A stretch of 64,000 bases of DNA from Elusimicrobiota bacterium (lineage in GTDB: Bacteria; Elusimicrobiota; Elusimicrobia; UBA1565; UBA9628), in contig JAHFCE010000006.1 of NCBI GenBank assembly GCA_023249675.1, forward strand, positions 72,325-136,324, read 5' to 3'. Shown here piece by piece: positions 1 to 9,392 of this stretch (the first letter of the stretch is position 1; every line of letters starts with the position of its first letter). The translations under genes were made by a program, and so were the position numbers. The notes under the pieces are model-generated. The model saw only the letters and a list, made by a program, of their open reading frames with translations. It was not told the origin of the DNA and ran no database searches.

Positions 1-6
1 CCACGA

Positions 7-966
7 TCACTGGTCCCTCTCCTCGACGAGGATTCCGTTCATGTAAATCTTCACGCGCGCGCCGCCGGTCTCCTGAACCGGAACTTCGATCTTCGTGCCG
101 GGCTTGCGCACGCCGTTGAACAACTCGCGCTCACCGTACTTGTCGATGACGACGATGCGGACCTGGCTCTCGGAACCGCTCTGGGGCAGCTCGTACTTGA
201 AAATCTTGGCGGCGATGGTCGGCGCCGCGCCCTTGCGGCCGCTGACGAGAAGCTCGGCCTTCGCGTCGGGGGAGAGCACGGAGTCGGCGGCCGGCGCCTG
301 CGTGAGCACGGTGCCGTTGGGAAAAAGGGAGGCGTCGTCGGTTTTGACCTCAAGCTTGACGCCAGCACCCACGGCCCATGACTGGGCCTCATGGAGCGTC
401 TTGCGCAGAAAGTCAGGCATTAGCGCAACACCCGCGGGCGGCGCGCCGCCGGATACGACGAGATTAACCAGAGCGTCGCGCTCAACACTCGTCTCTGCCT
501 TCGGGTCCTGGGAAAGCACCATGCCCTTCTCCTGCTTGAGCGAGTAGGACTCGCTGACCTCCCCAAGGGCGAGTTGGGACTGGCGCAGCATCATCTCGGC
601 GTTGCGCAAAGGCAGGCCGGCGACGGCGGGTGCGAGCACGGTCTGTCCGCCCTGACTGACGATCACGCGGATCGTCTTGCCCTCGCGCACGATGGTGCCG
701 GCGGGCGGATCCTGGCGGAGCACGGAGGAAATCGGCACCGCCGCGTTGAATTCGACGCCGGTCTTGCGCAGGCCGAGGTTCAGCGGCGCCAGCTGATCGA
801 GCGCGGCGGCGATCGAACGGCTCTTCAGATCAGGGACGGTCTGCGTGCGGCGGGAGTGGATCAGCCCCTGAAGGCCCCAATTCAACGAGACGTAGGCGAA
901 CGCAAGCAAAGCCGCCGCGACGGCGGCGATCTCGAGCGTGCGGACTTCGACGGTTCTGGCGGTCAA
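7..966 (-). CDS. Membrane-anchored PASTA-domain protein (3 PASTA repeats, no kinase domain)
   Basis: N-terminal TM helix; repeats VPDL...VLRQDPPAGTIVREGKTIRVIVS, VLSQDPKAETSV..VNLVVS, VLTQAPAADSVL; TTG start overlaps the fmt stop (TTGA). Confidence 0.85.
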   Translation of the reverse strand: MTARTVEVRTLEIAAVAAALLAFAYVSLNWGLQGLIHSRRTQTVPDLKSRSIAAALDQLAPLNLGLRKTGVEFNAAVPISSVLRQDPPAGTIVREGKTIRVIVSQGGQTVLAPAVAGLPLRNAEMMLRQSQLALGEVSESYSLKQEKGMVLSQDPKAETSVERDALVNLVVSGGAPPAGVALMPDFLRKTLHEAQSWAVGAGVKLEVKTDDASLFPNGTVLTQAPAADSVLSPDAKAELLVSGRKGAAPTIAAKIFKYELPQSGSESQVRIVVIDKYGERELFNGVRKPGTKIEVPVQETGGARVKIYMNGILVEERDQ

Positions 967-1913
967 ATCGTTTTTCCTGATAACGGCAAAAATCCGCCGA
1001 CGGCCAAACGAAGGCCGTTGGCGAATTCAGCCGCGCTAAGCGACTTTTTTCCCTCGGGTTGTACTTCGAGCAACCACAGACGACTGCGGGACGAACATTC
1101 TACCAAAATACCCCGACCCCGTTCAACGGCCAAGACAGACCCGGGGGCCCCTGTCCCGCGGGGATCGGACGGGCCCGCGGCCCCGGTTTTGAGCACCAAG
1201 ACCTTGCCGGAGGCGAGTTCCAACCAGGCGCGCGGCCAGGACCGGAATCCGCGCACCTGATTGCGCAGTTCTTCGGCCGGGCGCGACAGGTCGAGGCGCG
1301 CGTCCTCGCGCTTGATCAGGGGGGCGGAACTCGGAGCGCCTTCTTGGGCGCGCCGAACGACTCCTCCGGCCGCGATATCCGCCAGAGAGTCGTTCAACAA
1401 CGCAACCCCCAACGCCGTCAGGCGGGAAAGAAGTTGGGGCGCGTCCTCGTCAGCCGCGATGTCCGTCTCGGCGACCGACTGGATCGGGCCGGTGTCCATA
1501 CCCTCATCGAGCCAGAACAAAGTGACGCCCGTTTTTTTCTCGCCGCGGACGAGAGACCATTGCACCGGAGCCGCTCCGCGATACTTCGGAAGCAACGAGA
1601 AATGCACATTCAGGAAGCCGAGCCTGGTCGACGAGAGGACCTCGGCCTTCAAGATTCGACCGTATGCGACGACGACGGCGAGGTCGGCGCCGAACGCCGT
1701 TAGCTCAGCCGCGATCTCGGAGGGCTTCGCCGGCTGGAGGATCTTGAGCCCCAACTCGAGCGCGGCGGCCTTGACCGGCGTCGCCGCCGTCGCAAGACCG
1801 CGCCCAGCGGGCTTGTCGGGCTGGGAGACGACGGCGACTATCTCGGATTTTGAGGCGAGCAGACGCAAAAAAGGAACCGCCGTCTCCGGAGTGCCGAAAA
1901 AGATTGTTTTCAT
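963..1913 (-). CDS. fmt: Methionyl-tRNA formyltransferase
   Basis: IFFGTPE, VVSQPDKPAGRG, NVHFSLLPKYRGAAP, GMDTGP; ATG 1913 overlaps the def stop. Confidence 0.97.
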   Translation of the reverse strand: MKTIFFGTPETAVPFLRLLASKSEIVAVVSQPDKPAGRGLATAATPVKAAALELGLKILQPAKPSEIAAELTAFGADLAVVVAYGRILKAEVLSSTRLGFLNVHFSLLPKYRGAAPVQWSLVRGEKKTGVTLFWLDEGMDTGPIQSVAETDIAADEDAPQLLSRLTALGVALLNDSLADIAAGGVVRRAQEGAPSSAPLIKREDARLDLSRPAEELRNQVRGFRSWPRAWLELASGKVLVLKTGAAGPSDPRGTGAPGSVLAVERGRGILVECSSRSRLWLLEVQPEGKKSLSAAEFANGLRLAVGGFLPLSGKTI

Positions 1914-2425
1914 CACGCCCAACCCGGCTTCGCCTGTTTGATCACGTCGAGCACCTTGAGCCGGTCCTCGAATGGCAGGCGGTCAACGTAGAGTTTGCCG
2001 TCCAAATGATCGATCTCGTGCTGGAAGGCGCGCGCAAGCAGGCCTTCTCCCGTCAGCTCCCTCGACTCGCCGTTCTCATCGAGAGCGCGCACGCGGGCGC
2101 GGGCGCGGCGGCGCAGCTTCGCGTACACGCCGGGCAAGGAAAGGCAGCCTTCCTCATCGTTGAGCTCACCTTCGAGCGAGAGGATCTCGGGATTGATGAG
2201 CACAAGGCGCTGCGGCTTGCCCTCGGGCTTGACGTCGATGACCGCAACGCGCAAGGACAGGCCGATCTGGGGCGCTGCCAGGCCCACGCCGCGGGCGGCC
2301 GCCATCGTCGCCCACATGTCCTTGAGCAAAGCGGGAAGCTCATCCTTGAAAGCCGCATAGTCGAGCGCAGGACAGGGGACCTTGAGGACTTTCTCGCCAT
2401 GCTTGATGATTCGTCGAATCGTCAT
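1913..2425 (-). CDS. def: Peptide deformylase
   Basis: GVGLAAPQIG, EGCLS and QHEIDHLDG motifs. Confidence 0.98.
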   Translation of the reverse strand: MTIRRIIKHGEKVLKVPCPALDYAAFKDELPALLKDMWATMAAARGVGLAAPQIGLSLRVAVIDVKPEGKPQRLVLINPEILSLEGELNDEEGCLSLPGVYAKLRRRARARVRALDENGESRELTGEGLLARAFQHEIDHLDGKLYVDRLPFEDRLKVLDVIKQAKPGWA

Positions 2426-2441
2426 GGCAGCTTGTCCCGAT

Positions 2442-4439
2442 TTATAGATCGACGGCGTGCTCGGTTCCGGGGCCGAGGATGCGAAAGCGCACGGGCTGCT
2501 TGTCGGTCTGCAGCGAGCCCCAGGTCATCGCGAGGCGTTCAAGCTGGGCATCGGTGGACAGCTTCGCCGAGACGCCGAACACGACCTCGGTCGCACCCAC
2601 GGCTTGCGCCGCCTGGGTGATCGCGTAAAAGGGCTCATTGGAGACGACCAGAAGCGGCGTCACGGTCTTGCCGGACTTCTCGGCCAGCTCGAGCACGCGC
2701 GTGAACAGCTTCTGCTCTTCATGGTCCATCGTCACGGCTTCATCAACCAAGCCAAGGCCCGAGCGAATACGCGAGGTGAACACCACGAGGTCGGTGGTGT
2801 CATCATCGAGCGTCTCGAGCACCTTGGTCAGATGGTAGAGATTGTTGGGATCGCGCAGCGCGACAAGGACGCGGTGGGGCTTATCGATCTCCTCGCGCAC
2901 CATCTTGAGGTCATCGGCCTGGCGCAGGTTGAACTTCTCGTGCGGACTGTGGCCGCCGGCGTGCTGCTTCTCGTTCCAACGTTCCGAGAAAACGAAAAGT
3001 CCGAAAAAGACGGCAGTGAACACCGAGCCGGAAATCGTCGCGACCCGCTTGGTGAGAAGGTTCATGGACGCAGTCACGAACAGGATCAAGAATACCGCGG
3101 CCAGGCCGATCGGCCACTCGACGCCGTTGACGCGGATGTTGCCGGGCACCATGAACTCGCGGGGCTCGCGCTTCTTGAAGCGAAGCATCATGACGGCCAT
3201 CGTCTTGAACACGAACGACCAGACCACGCCAAAAGCGTAGGCCTCGCCGAGCAGGTACACGTCGCCGCGGCAGAGCAAAATCGTGGCGATCTGGAGGCCG
3301 ACGATGAGATTGATCAGGCGATGCGTGGTGCCGTACTTCCTATGCAGGCCGCGGAACCAGTCCACGAGGATGCCGTCCTCGGCCAGGCGGTTCAACACGC
3401 CGTTGGCGCCGACGATCGAAGTATTGGCCGCGCCCGCGAGAATGAGCACGCCCACGCCGACGACGAAACACTGCAGAAGCAGGCGCATCCAGTGGGGACC
3501 GACCACCGACATCGCCAGGCCGGAGAGAAGATTGTCGCCGTACTGGGAAATGCGCACGGAGTCGGGGATGATCATCACCGCGAAGAAGCTGACCGCCGAG
3601 GTGAGCAACATGCTGTAGATGAAAATCACCAACCCCGCGCGCTCGAGATTCTTGATCTTCGGGGCCTCGACCTCGCGGTACACCTGGGCCAGGGACTCCT
3701 CTCCGCTCATCGCGAGTAAGGAGTGGCCAAAGGCCATGATGATGCCGACGGCCCCGATGGGCTTGAGCCAGGAAACGCGCGCCGCCCAGCCCAGGCCCTC
3801 CTCGCTGAACGTGAGCGAAAACGGAGGCAGAACGCCGCCCCGGACCCACACCGTGTAGCCGCACCAAATGATCATGACCGCGCCCATCACGGTGGTCATC
3901 TGCATGATCTTCAGAGCCTTATCGCTCGACTCGTGAATGCCCTTGATGTTCTCCCACCAGAAGTACATCGTCGCCGCGACGGCGAAGAACACCGCGAACG
4001 AATGCGGATCCAGGTGCCAGCCGATGCGCAGGTAGGGAAAGAGGTTGTTGAGCAGGCCGGAGAGGTACTGGCCCGCCGAGACGGTCGAAATCGGGCCGGT
4101 CAGGATATAGTCGAACATCAGCGCGGCGGCCGAAAGCTTGGCAAGCTTGCCACCCATCGCCTCTTTGACCACCTTGTAGACGCCACCGCGCACGAACATG
4201 GAGCAGGACTCCATGTACACCGCGCGGATCGCGTAGGAGAAGAGCATGACACCGAGAATGAACCACGGAGCGGCGGGCCCGACCGCCTGCTCGACGATGC
4301 CGCCGATATAGTAGGCGGTGGAAGCCAGGTCGCAGAGGACGATCGCGGCCGCGCGCCAGAAGGAGATAAACGACAGCATGGCGGTCGTCAGGACGACGAC
4401 TTCCGTGACGCGTCGCCCCGGGCGGGGCTCAGGCTTCAA
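2442..4439 (-). CDS. APC-superfamily permease (YdaO/KimA-like) with C-terminal cytosolic USP-like domain
   Basis: About 12 TM segments; TM1 CDLASTAYY, RGGVYKVVKEAMG, AMSGEESLAQ; soluble C-terminus RVLVALRDP...VFGVS. Confidence 0.75.
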   Translation of the reverse strand: MKPEPRPGRRVTEVVVLTTAMLSFISFWRAAAIVLCDLASTAYYIGGIVEQAVGPAAPWFILGVMLFSYAIRAVYMESCSMFVRGGVYKVVKEAMGGKLAKLSAAALMFDYILTGPISTVSAGQYLSGLLNNLFPYLRIGWHLDPHSFAVFFAVAATMYFWWENIKGIHESSDKALKIMQMTTVMGAVMIIWCGYTVWVRGGVLPPFSLTFSEEGLGWAARVSWLKPIGAVGIIMAFGHSLLAMSGEESLAQVYREVEAPKIKNLERAGLVIFIYSMLLTSAVSFFAVMIIPDSVRISQYGDNLLSGLAMSVVGPHWMRLLLQCFVVGVGVLILAGAANTSIVGANGVLNRLAEDGILVDWFRGLHRKYGTTHRLINLIVGLQIATILLCRGDVYLLGEAYAFGVVWSFVFKTMAVMMLRFKKREPREFMVPGNIRVNGVEWPIGLAAVFLILFVTASMNLLTKRVATISGSVFTAVFFGLFVFSERWNEKQHAGGHSPHEKFNLRQADDLKMVREEIDKPHRVLVALRDPNNLYHLTKVLETLDDDTTDLVVFTSRIRSGLGLVDEAVTMDHEEQKLFTRVLELAEKSGKTVTPLLVVSNEPFYAITQAAQAVGATEVVFGVSAKLSTDAQLERLAMTWGSLQTDKQPVRFRILGPGTEHAVDL

Positions 4440-4968
4440 GCTTTTTGACCAGCTCGAGCGCCGCGGCGGGACCGGAAGACGCGGTGAGCTGATCGATGAG
4501 AGCCGCCTGAAACAAAGACGACACGCCGCGCAGGAGCTGGAGATGCAGCGGGAAGGCTTCCTGCTTGTTGGGGGAGAAGAAAAGGAACATCACGCGGATC
4601 GTCAGGTCCGTCTGCTTCGGGTCGGGAATCGGCTTCTTCAAGATCGCCATGCCGGCGAGAATCGTCGCGATGCCGTCCATGCGCGCGTGCGGCAGGCTCA
4701 GGCCGGTGTCGAGCGTCGTCGAGATGCCCTGCTCGCGCTCTTGAACCTTGGCGAGAAAGGAAGCCCAGTCGGCGATGCCCGCCTTGCCGCAAACCGCCGC
4801 GGCCAAGGTCTGCAGGACCGCGGACTTCTCCTGGCCTTCAGAGGGGAACAGGATGGTGTCTTCGGCCAGGATGGTCGAAACCTTCAGACCCTTGGCCGCC
4901 CGCGCCGGGGGCGTGGTTTTAGGGCCTTCTGCGGCCGGCTCGGGGGACTTTTTCTGAAACCAGGACAT
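4429..4968 (-). CDS. PTS EIIA protein (fructose/Ntr type)
   Basis: EREQGISTTLDTGLSLPHAR with the phospho-acceptor His; HLQLLRGVS. Confidence 0.88.
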   Translation of the reverse strand: MSWFQKKSPEPAAEGPKTTPPARAAKGLKVSTILAEDTILFPSEGQEKSAVLQTLAAAVCGKAGIADWASFLAKVQEREQGISTTLDTGLSLPHARMDGIATILAGMAILKKPIPDPKQTDLTIRVMFLFFSPNKQEAFPLHLQLLRGVSSLFQAALIDQLTASSGPAAALELVKKLEA

Positions 4969-5044
4969 GGGGGGGGCTACCGGCTGTATTATCGCACGGA
5001 GCCGGGGAAAGTGTCAAATGGCGCAGAATGTATATAATGCCGCC

Positions 5045-5803
5045 GTGCGCAAGCCTCTCGCCGGCCGGTCTGTCATCATCACGCGCCCGCGCGCAAAATC
5101 GGGCGAAGTCGCCGCCGCCCTGGCGAAATTGGGCGCCCGTGTGATCCATGCACCTCTGATCCGTATCGTTCCTCCGCGTTCGTGGGGGCCGTTGGATGCC
5201 GCGCTCAAAACCTTCCGCCATTACGACGCCGTCGCCTTTACCAGTTCCAACTCCGTTGATTTTTTCTTTGCCCGCATGAAAAATGTTCTCGGTCGAAAGC
5301 CGGCCGCTCCTCGAGTTCTCGCCGCCGTCGGCCGCGCGACGGCGAACGCCGTTAAGAACAGTGGTTGGCGTTGTCACGTGATTCCCGAAGACGCGCACGC
5401 CGCAGGTCTCACGAAAGCGCTGCGCGTCCCGCGCGGCGCGCGCGTTCTAATTCCGCGCGCCGAGCGCGGCCTGGACACGCTTCCAAAGTCGCTGCGCACA
5501 GCCGGAGCCCGCGTCACCGTCGTCTCGGCCTATCGCACCGTTTCCGATCCGGGCGGCCTACGCTGCCTACGCCGTGCCCTCGCCCTCGGCGCGGACGCCG
5601 TCTGCTTCGCCTCCGGCTCCGCCGCCGCTCTCGGCGCTCGTGATTCGGCGTTGTCTGGCGCCGCCGCGGTCGCCATCGGCCCGACCACCGCCGCCGCTTT
5701 GCGCGCGCGGGGCGTCATCCCCGCCGCAGTCGCGAAGCGGCCCGATCCCGAATCGTTCGCCCGGGCCGTGGTCCAGGCGTTGCGAGGCCGCCCGACCGTA
5801 TGA
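5045..5803 (+). CDS. hemD: Uroporphyrinogen-III synthase
   Basis: PLAGRSVIITRP, FTSSNSV, AVGRATA, AYRT, FASGSA, AIGPTTA; GTG 5045 chosen because it lies 6 nt after TATAAT (alternative ATG 5018). Confidence 0.9.
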   Translation: MRKPLAGRSVIITRPRAKSGEVAAALAKLGARVIHAPLIRIVPPRSWGPLDAALKTFRHYDAVAFTSSNSVDFFFARMKNVLGRKPAAPRVLAAVGRATANAVKNSGWRCHVIPEDAHAAGLTKALRVPRGARVLIPRAERGLDTLPKSLRTAGARVTVVSAYRTVSDPGGLRCLRRALALGADAVCFASGSAAALGARDSALSGAAAVAIGPTTAAALRARGVIPAAVAKRPDPESFARAVVQALRGRPTV

Positions 5804-6921
5804 ACGAAACTTTGATCATGGCCGGCTCGCGCACGCCGTTCGCCGCATGGAGCTTCGGCGTCACCGGACGCGGCGCGCCGGGCGGCGCGCTCAAGGAGCT
5901 CGATCCCCAGGATCTCGGCGCCGCGGCGCTCAAAGGCGCGCTCGCGCGCGCGCGCCTCTCGCCTCGCGACCTCGGTTTTGTCGCCTTCGGCAACATGTAC
6001 CAAGTCGGGCCTCATGGCTGCTACGGCGCGCGCTACGTTGCGCAACGCGCGGGCTGCCCGCCGGAAACGACCGGTGCGGCCGTCGCGCTCGCCTGCGGCA
6101 CAGGCCTCTTAGCGCTCACGACTGCCGCGGACGCCGTCGCGCGCGGCGAGGCCTCGGTCGCCGCCGCCGTGGGCGCGGACGCGCCCAGCCGCCTGCGCCG
6201 CGACATTTTCGTGCCCTCGTTCACCGACCTGTCCTGCGGCAAGCACATCGCCAAGACCGCCGAGGAACGCGCCCATGAAGCGGGACTTCCACGCGCAGCC
6301 ATGGACGCGTGGGCGCTGCGCTCGCACATGAAAGCGCGCGCCGCCTCCAGGCTTCGCGCCGAGGAAATCATCCCCGTCGCCGGCCTCGCCGATGACGACG
6401 CGATCCTCGAGAGCCCGATGCCTGAGAATTTCGCGGCGGCGAAACCCCTGTTCAGCGACGGAACGACCGTGATGACGCACGCAAACGTGCACGCCGTCGT
6501 GGACGGCGGCGCAGCGCTCATCCTCGCCGCGCCGAAAGCCGCGACAGGCCGCGCGCTCGGTCGCTTCGTTTCGTCCGCACTGGTTGGCGTCGCGCCAGAG
6601 CGCATGGCCTACGCCGCCGTGCCCGCCGTCCGCCTGGCCCTCGAGCGCGCCCGCTGGCGCGCCGCCGAGGTCGACGTCTGGGAGATCAACGAGACCTTCG
6701 CGGCACAGATCCTGCTCGATCAAGCCGAGCTCCAGATCGAAGCGGAACGCATCAATCCCAACGGCGGCGCAATCGCGCTCGGCCATCCCTTCGGCGCAAC
6801 GGGCGTGCGCCTCGTCCACACGCTTCTGCTCGAATTGCGCCGCCGGTCCCGCCGGCGCGGCGTGGCCGCCATCAGCGTCGGCGGCGGCCTCGGCATCGCC
6901 GTCTGCGTCGAAGCGCTTTAA
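5800..6921 (+). CDS. Thiolase-family protein (acetyl-CoA acyltransferase-like)
   Basis: RTPF, ALACGTG (nucleophile Cys), EINETFAAQ, GGAIALGHPFGATG; the C-terminal CxGGG motif reads SVGGG. Confidence 0.9.
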   Translation: MNETLIMAGSRTPFAAWSFGVTGRGAPGGALKELDPQDLGAAALKGALARARLSPRDLGFVAFGNMYQVGPHGCYGARYVAQRAGCPPETTGAAVALACGTGLLALTTAADAVARGEASVAAAVGADAPSRLRRDIFVPSFTDLSCGKHIAKTAEERAHEAGLPRAAMDAWALRSHMKARAASRLRAEEIIPVAGLADDDAILESPMPENFAAAKPLFSDGTTVMTHANVHAVVDGGAALILAAPKAATGRALGRFVSSALVGVAPERMAYAAVPAVRLALERARWRAAEVDVWEINETFAAQILLDQAELQIEAERINPNGGAIALGHPFGATGVRLVHTLLLELRRRSRRRGVAAISVGGGLGIAVCVEAL

Positions 6922-7895
6922 AAGCGAAAGGCGATCGTGATGCGGTTGACGGTGCCGAGGGCGCCGAAGGGAATCCACGCGTAGTCAAGGCGCAGGGTGT
7001 TGAAGTCGAAGCCCGCGCCGGCGGAAACGCCGGCGAACCCATCGACGCCGCGCGTGCGGTTCTGGTCGTAGCCGCCGCGCACGCTGACGATCCAAGGTTT
7101 GGCGGAGCCGACCTTCGAAGCGGGAATGCGCGCCTCGACGCCGAGCGAGGTGTAGAGATCCTGGTCGACGGGCAGATTGACGTCGAGGCCGGCGTCGAAC
7201 GTCGGCGATAGGTGCCACAGGCCGCCGGCACGAATCCGAGCCGGCAGCGGGTCGGCGACGCCGCCGAGCTTGAGAGGCGGGCCGATGTTCGAAACCGAGA
7301 AGCCGGCATCCAGAGGGCCGTCACCGATGTCGGCGACGTTCCGGGCGAGGAGACCGAAGTCCGCGGCGGCCGTCGTGCCGCTGCGGTCGTCGAGCGTCGC
7401 ACGGATGATCTTAAGCCCGCCCGCGAGCGCGACGGGACCAGCGAGGCGGCGCGCGTACCATGCGCCGAGTGCTAGGTCCGTCGGCGTGAACTTGCCGGTC
7501 GCGTCGCCCAGGGCGTTGTACGCGGTCTGCGCGCTCTGCGACGCATAGAGCAGGCCCGCCGCAAAAGCGCCGTCGCGGCCCAGAGGACGAGCGTAGGCGA
7601 CGGAGCCGGAATAGGCGGACTCGAGCAGCGCGTCATAGCCCAGGGCGGCCTCGCTTGGGGCCTCGGCCCCGAGGCGCGAGAGCGACGCGGGATTGAGGAA
7701 CACGGCCTCGGCGCCGAGGCCCGCGGCGGCGCAAACGCCGCCCATCGCCGAGACGCGCGCGCCGCCCGGCGATTTCAGGAAGGCAGCGCTCGTGGTTCCG
7801 GCCGCGCGCGAAGAGAATGCTCCGCTGGGAAAGAGACCGGCGCGGGCGGAAGTCGCGGCGACGACGAATGCTGCGAAAAGACCTAGACGGGCCAG
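6918..7895 (-). CDS. PorV/PorQ (UPF0164)-like outer-membrane beta-barrel protein
   Basis: Frame stays open upstream of the listed ATG 7745 and reads LARLGLFAAFVVAATSARA...GTTSAAFLKSPGGARVSAMGG; LNPASL, LDYAWIPFGALGTVNRITIAFRF with terminal Phe; CTG start at 7895 inferred. Confidence 0.75.
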   Translation of the reverse strand: MARLGLFAAFVVAATSARAGLFPSGAFSSRAAGTTSAAFLKSPGGARVSAMGGVCAAAGLGAEAVFLNPASLSRLGAEAPSEAALGYDALLESAYSGSVAYARPLGRDGAFAAGLLYASQSAQTAYNALGDATGKFTPTDLALGAWYARRLAGPVALAGGLKIIRATLDDRSGTTAAADFGLLARNVADIGDGPLDAGFSVSNIGPPLKLGGVADPLPARIRAGGLWHLSPTFDAGLDVNLPVDQDLYTSLGVEARIPASKVGSAKPWIVSVRGGYDQNRTRGVDGFAGVSAGAGFDFNTLRLDYAWIPFGALGTVNRITIAFRF

Positions 7896-8629
7896 ACCGG
7901 CCCCCGCCGCGTCTTTTCTTCGGGCGCGGGAACTTCCGGGACCAGCTCCACCTGCACCGGGGCCGGAACCTGCTCGATCGACTCCGTGACCGAAGTCTCC
8001 GGTTCCGACGAGACGGGCGGCGCGGCGATCAGCGCGCTCAACTCCATGCGGATCGTTTCATCAGGCGACAGAGCAGCCTTGGCCTTCGGCTCCGGGACGG
8101 ACTCGGGTTCAGGAGCGGCCGCGACGGTCGCGGCCGGAGCCGGAGCCTTCACGTTTTCGACGGCGCGGGTCAGCTCTCCCAAACGGTCGATCAGCGCCTC
8201 ATCGCGCGCGGCGGCCCCGTTGAGCTCATCATCCACGCGCTTGGCCAGCGCACGCATCTCTTGGCGAAGCTCGGTCAGTTCGCCCTTGATGTTCTGGAGA
8301 TGGACGACGGCGGGGCTGATGCCGCCGGTCGTATTCGCCGGATCCTTGCGGCGCTCGGGCCCCGCGTACTCGCCTTGGGGCTTGGACGTGAGTTCCGGCT
8401 CGCGGACCGGATGCGAGGCGACTGCGGCGGCCGGGGCCTCCTCGGAGATGTGCACCGGACGGACCGCCGGGGAGTTTTCCTGCTCCGCGCCCTGCTCGCT
8501 CTCAGTGACATCGGCCGCTTCGGAAGCGACGCGGTACTGACCAAGGAGGAAGAGGAAGAGGACCCCGCTGATCAGGAGCCCCGCCGACGAGATATAAAAC
8601 CAGCCGTCCGCCCAAAGTCCCATCATCAT
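7883..8629 (-). CDS. Hypothetical bitopic membrane protein with coiled coil and Pro/Glu-rich tail
   Basis: TM segment WFYISSAGLLISGVLFLFLLG; heptads ELTELRQEMRALAKRVDDEL; TTGACT-17-TACCAT promoter upstream of the ATG run at 8629. Confidence 0.65.
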   Translation of the reverse strand: MMMGLWADGWFYISSAGLLISGVLFLFLLGQYRVASEAADVTESEQGAEQENSPAVRPVHISEEAPAAAVASHPVREPELTSKPQGEYAGPERRKDPANTTGGISPAVVHLQNIKGELTELRQEMRALAKRVDDELNGAAARDEALIDRLGELTRAVENVKAPAPAATVAAAPEPESVPEPKAKAALSPDETIRMELSALIAAPPVSSEPETSVTESIEQVPAPVQVELVPEVPAPEEKTRRGPVWPV

Positions 8630-8693
8630 AGTAGAGGAATGGTATCCGTCCGGGGAGGTAAAGTCAACCGAACTAAATAAGTACAATAGCGCG

Positions 8694-9392
8694 ATGCCAA
8701 TGAGCCGGCCGCCTTATCGCCTCGCTTTTTGCCCTCGCCGCGAGGCCGAAAGGACGCTCAGCGACCCCGCCGAGCTGCGCGCGCGCTTTGGCCCCGCGGA
8801 GCTGGCCGAACTCGAGGCCCTGCCGGAGCGCCGCAAGCTCGACCGGGTGGCGGGACGCCTTGCGGCCAAGCGCGCGCTCGCGGCGCACTTCCTCGGCGAA
8901 TACGGCTGGGAAGCCGACGCCGCGGAACTCGCCGTGTTCAACGATGCGACCGGGCGCCCGCGCCTGACCTTGCCGAAAGGCGCGCCGGCCCCGGCGCCGT
9001 CCTTCTCGATCTCGCATTGCGCGCAGGGCGGGGCGGCCGCGGTCGCTTCCCCCGGACGCCGCGTCGGCGTGGACATCGAGACGATCGTCGCGCGACCGGC
9101 CAAGGTCATCGCGTTCGTCGCGACGCCCGAAGAGCTCGCGTCCGGACCCTATGATGATGCGGGAGCGCAGGCACGCCTCTGGACGGGAAAGGAAGCGACT
9201 CTGAAGATGCTGGGACTCGGCCTCGACGCGGACGCGCGCTGCGTCCGCCTCGAGGCTGACGGCGTGATTTTGACCGACAGGCCCGCGCAGGCCTGGTCCG
9301 CGCTCGGCTCGCCGAGCGTACATCTGGACTACGACGGCGCGGACGGCGCGCAAATCGCCGTCGCCTACACGGGAGACGATCACCATGGGTAA
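8694..9392 (+). CDS. 4'-phosphopantetheinyl transferase (Sfp/EntD-like)
   Basis: AGRLAAKRAL, GRP, FSISH, VGVDIE, WTGKEATLK. Confidence 0.88.
   Translation: MPMSRPPYRLAFCPRREAERTLSDPAELRARFGPAELAELEALPERRKLDRVAGRLAAKRALAAHFLGEYGWEADAAELAVFNDATGRPRLTLPKGAPAPAPSFSISHCAQGGAAAVASPGRRVGVDIETIVARPAKVIAFVATPEELASGPYDDAGAQARLWTGKEATLKMLGLGLDADARCVRLEADGVILTDRPAQAWSALGSPSVHLDYDGADGAQIAVAYTGDDHHG

Noticed and set aside
1..10. Minus-strand GTG ATC GTG overlapping the PASTA stop, possibly the start of the next gene (rpe-like context)
   Set aside because: Only three codons visible
2457..3719. Long antisense or alternative-frame ORFs (also 15362-16684, 21857-23167, 55720-57285, 58313-59809, 47308-48528)
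   Set aside because: Shadow ORFs of well-supported genes, expected at high GC; no recognisable motifs
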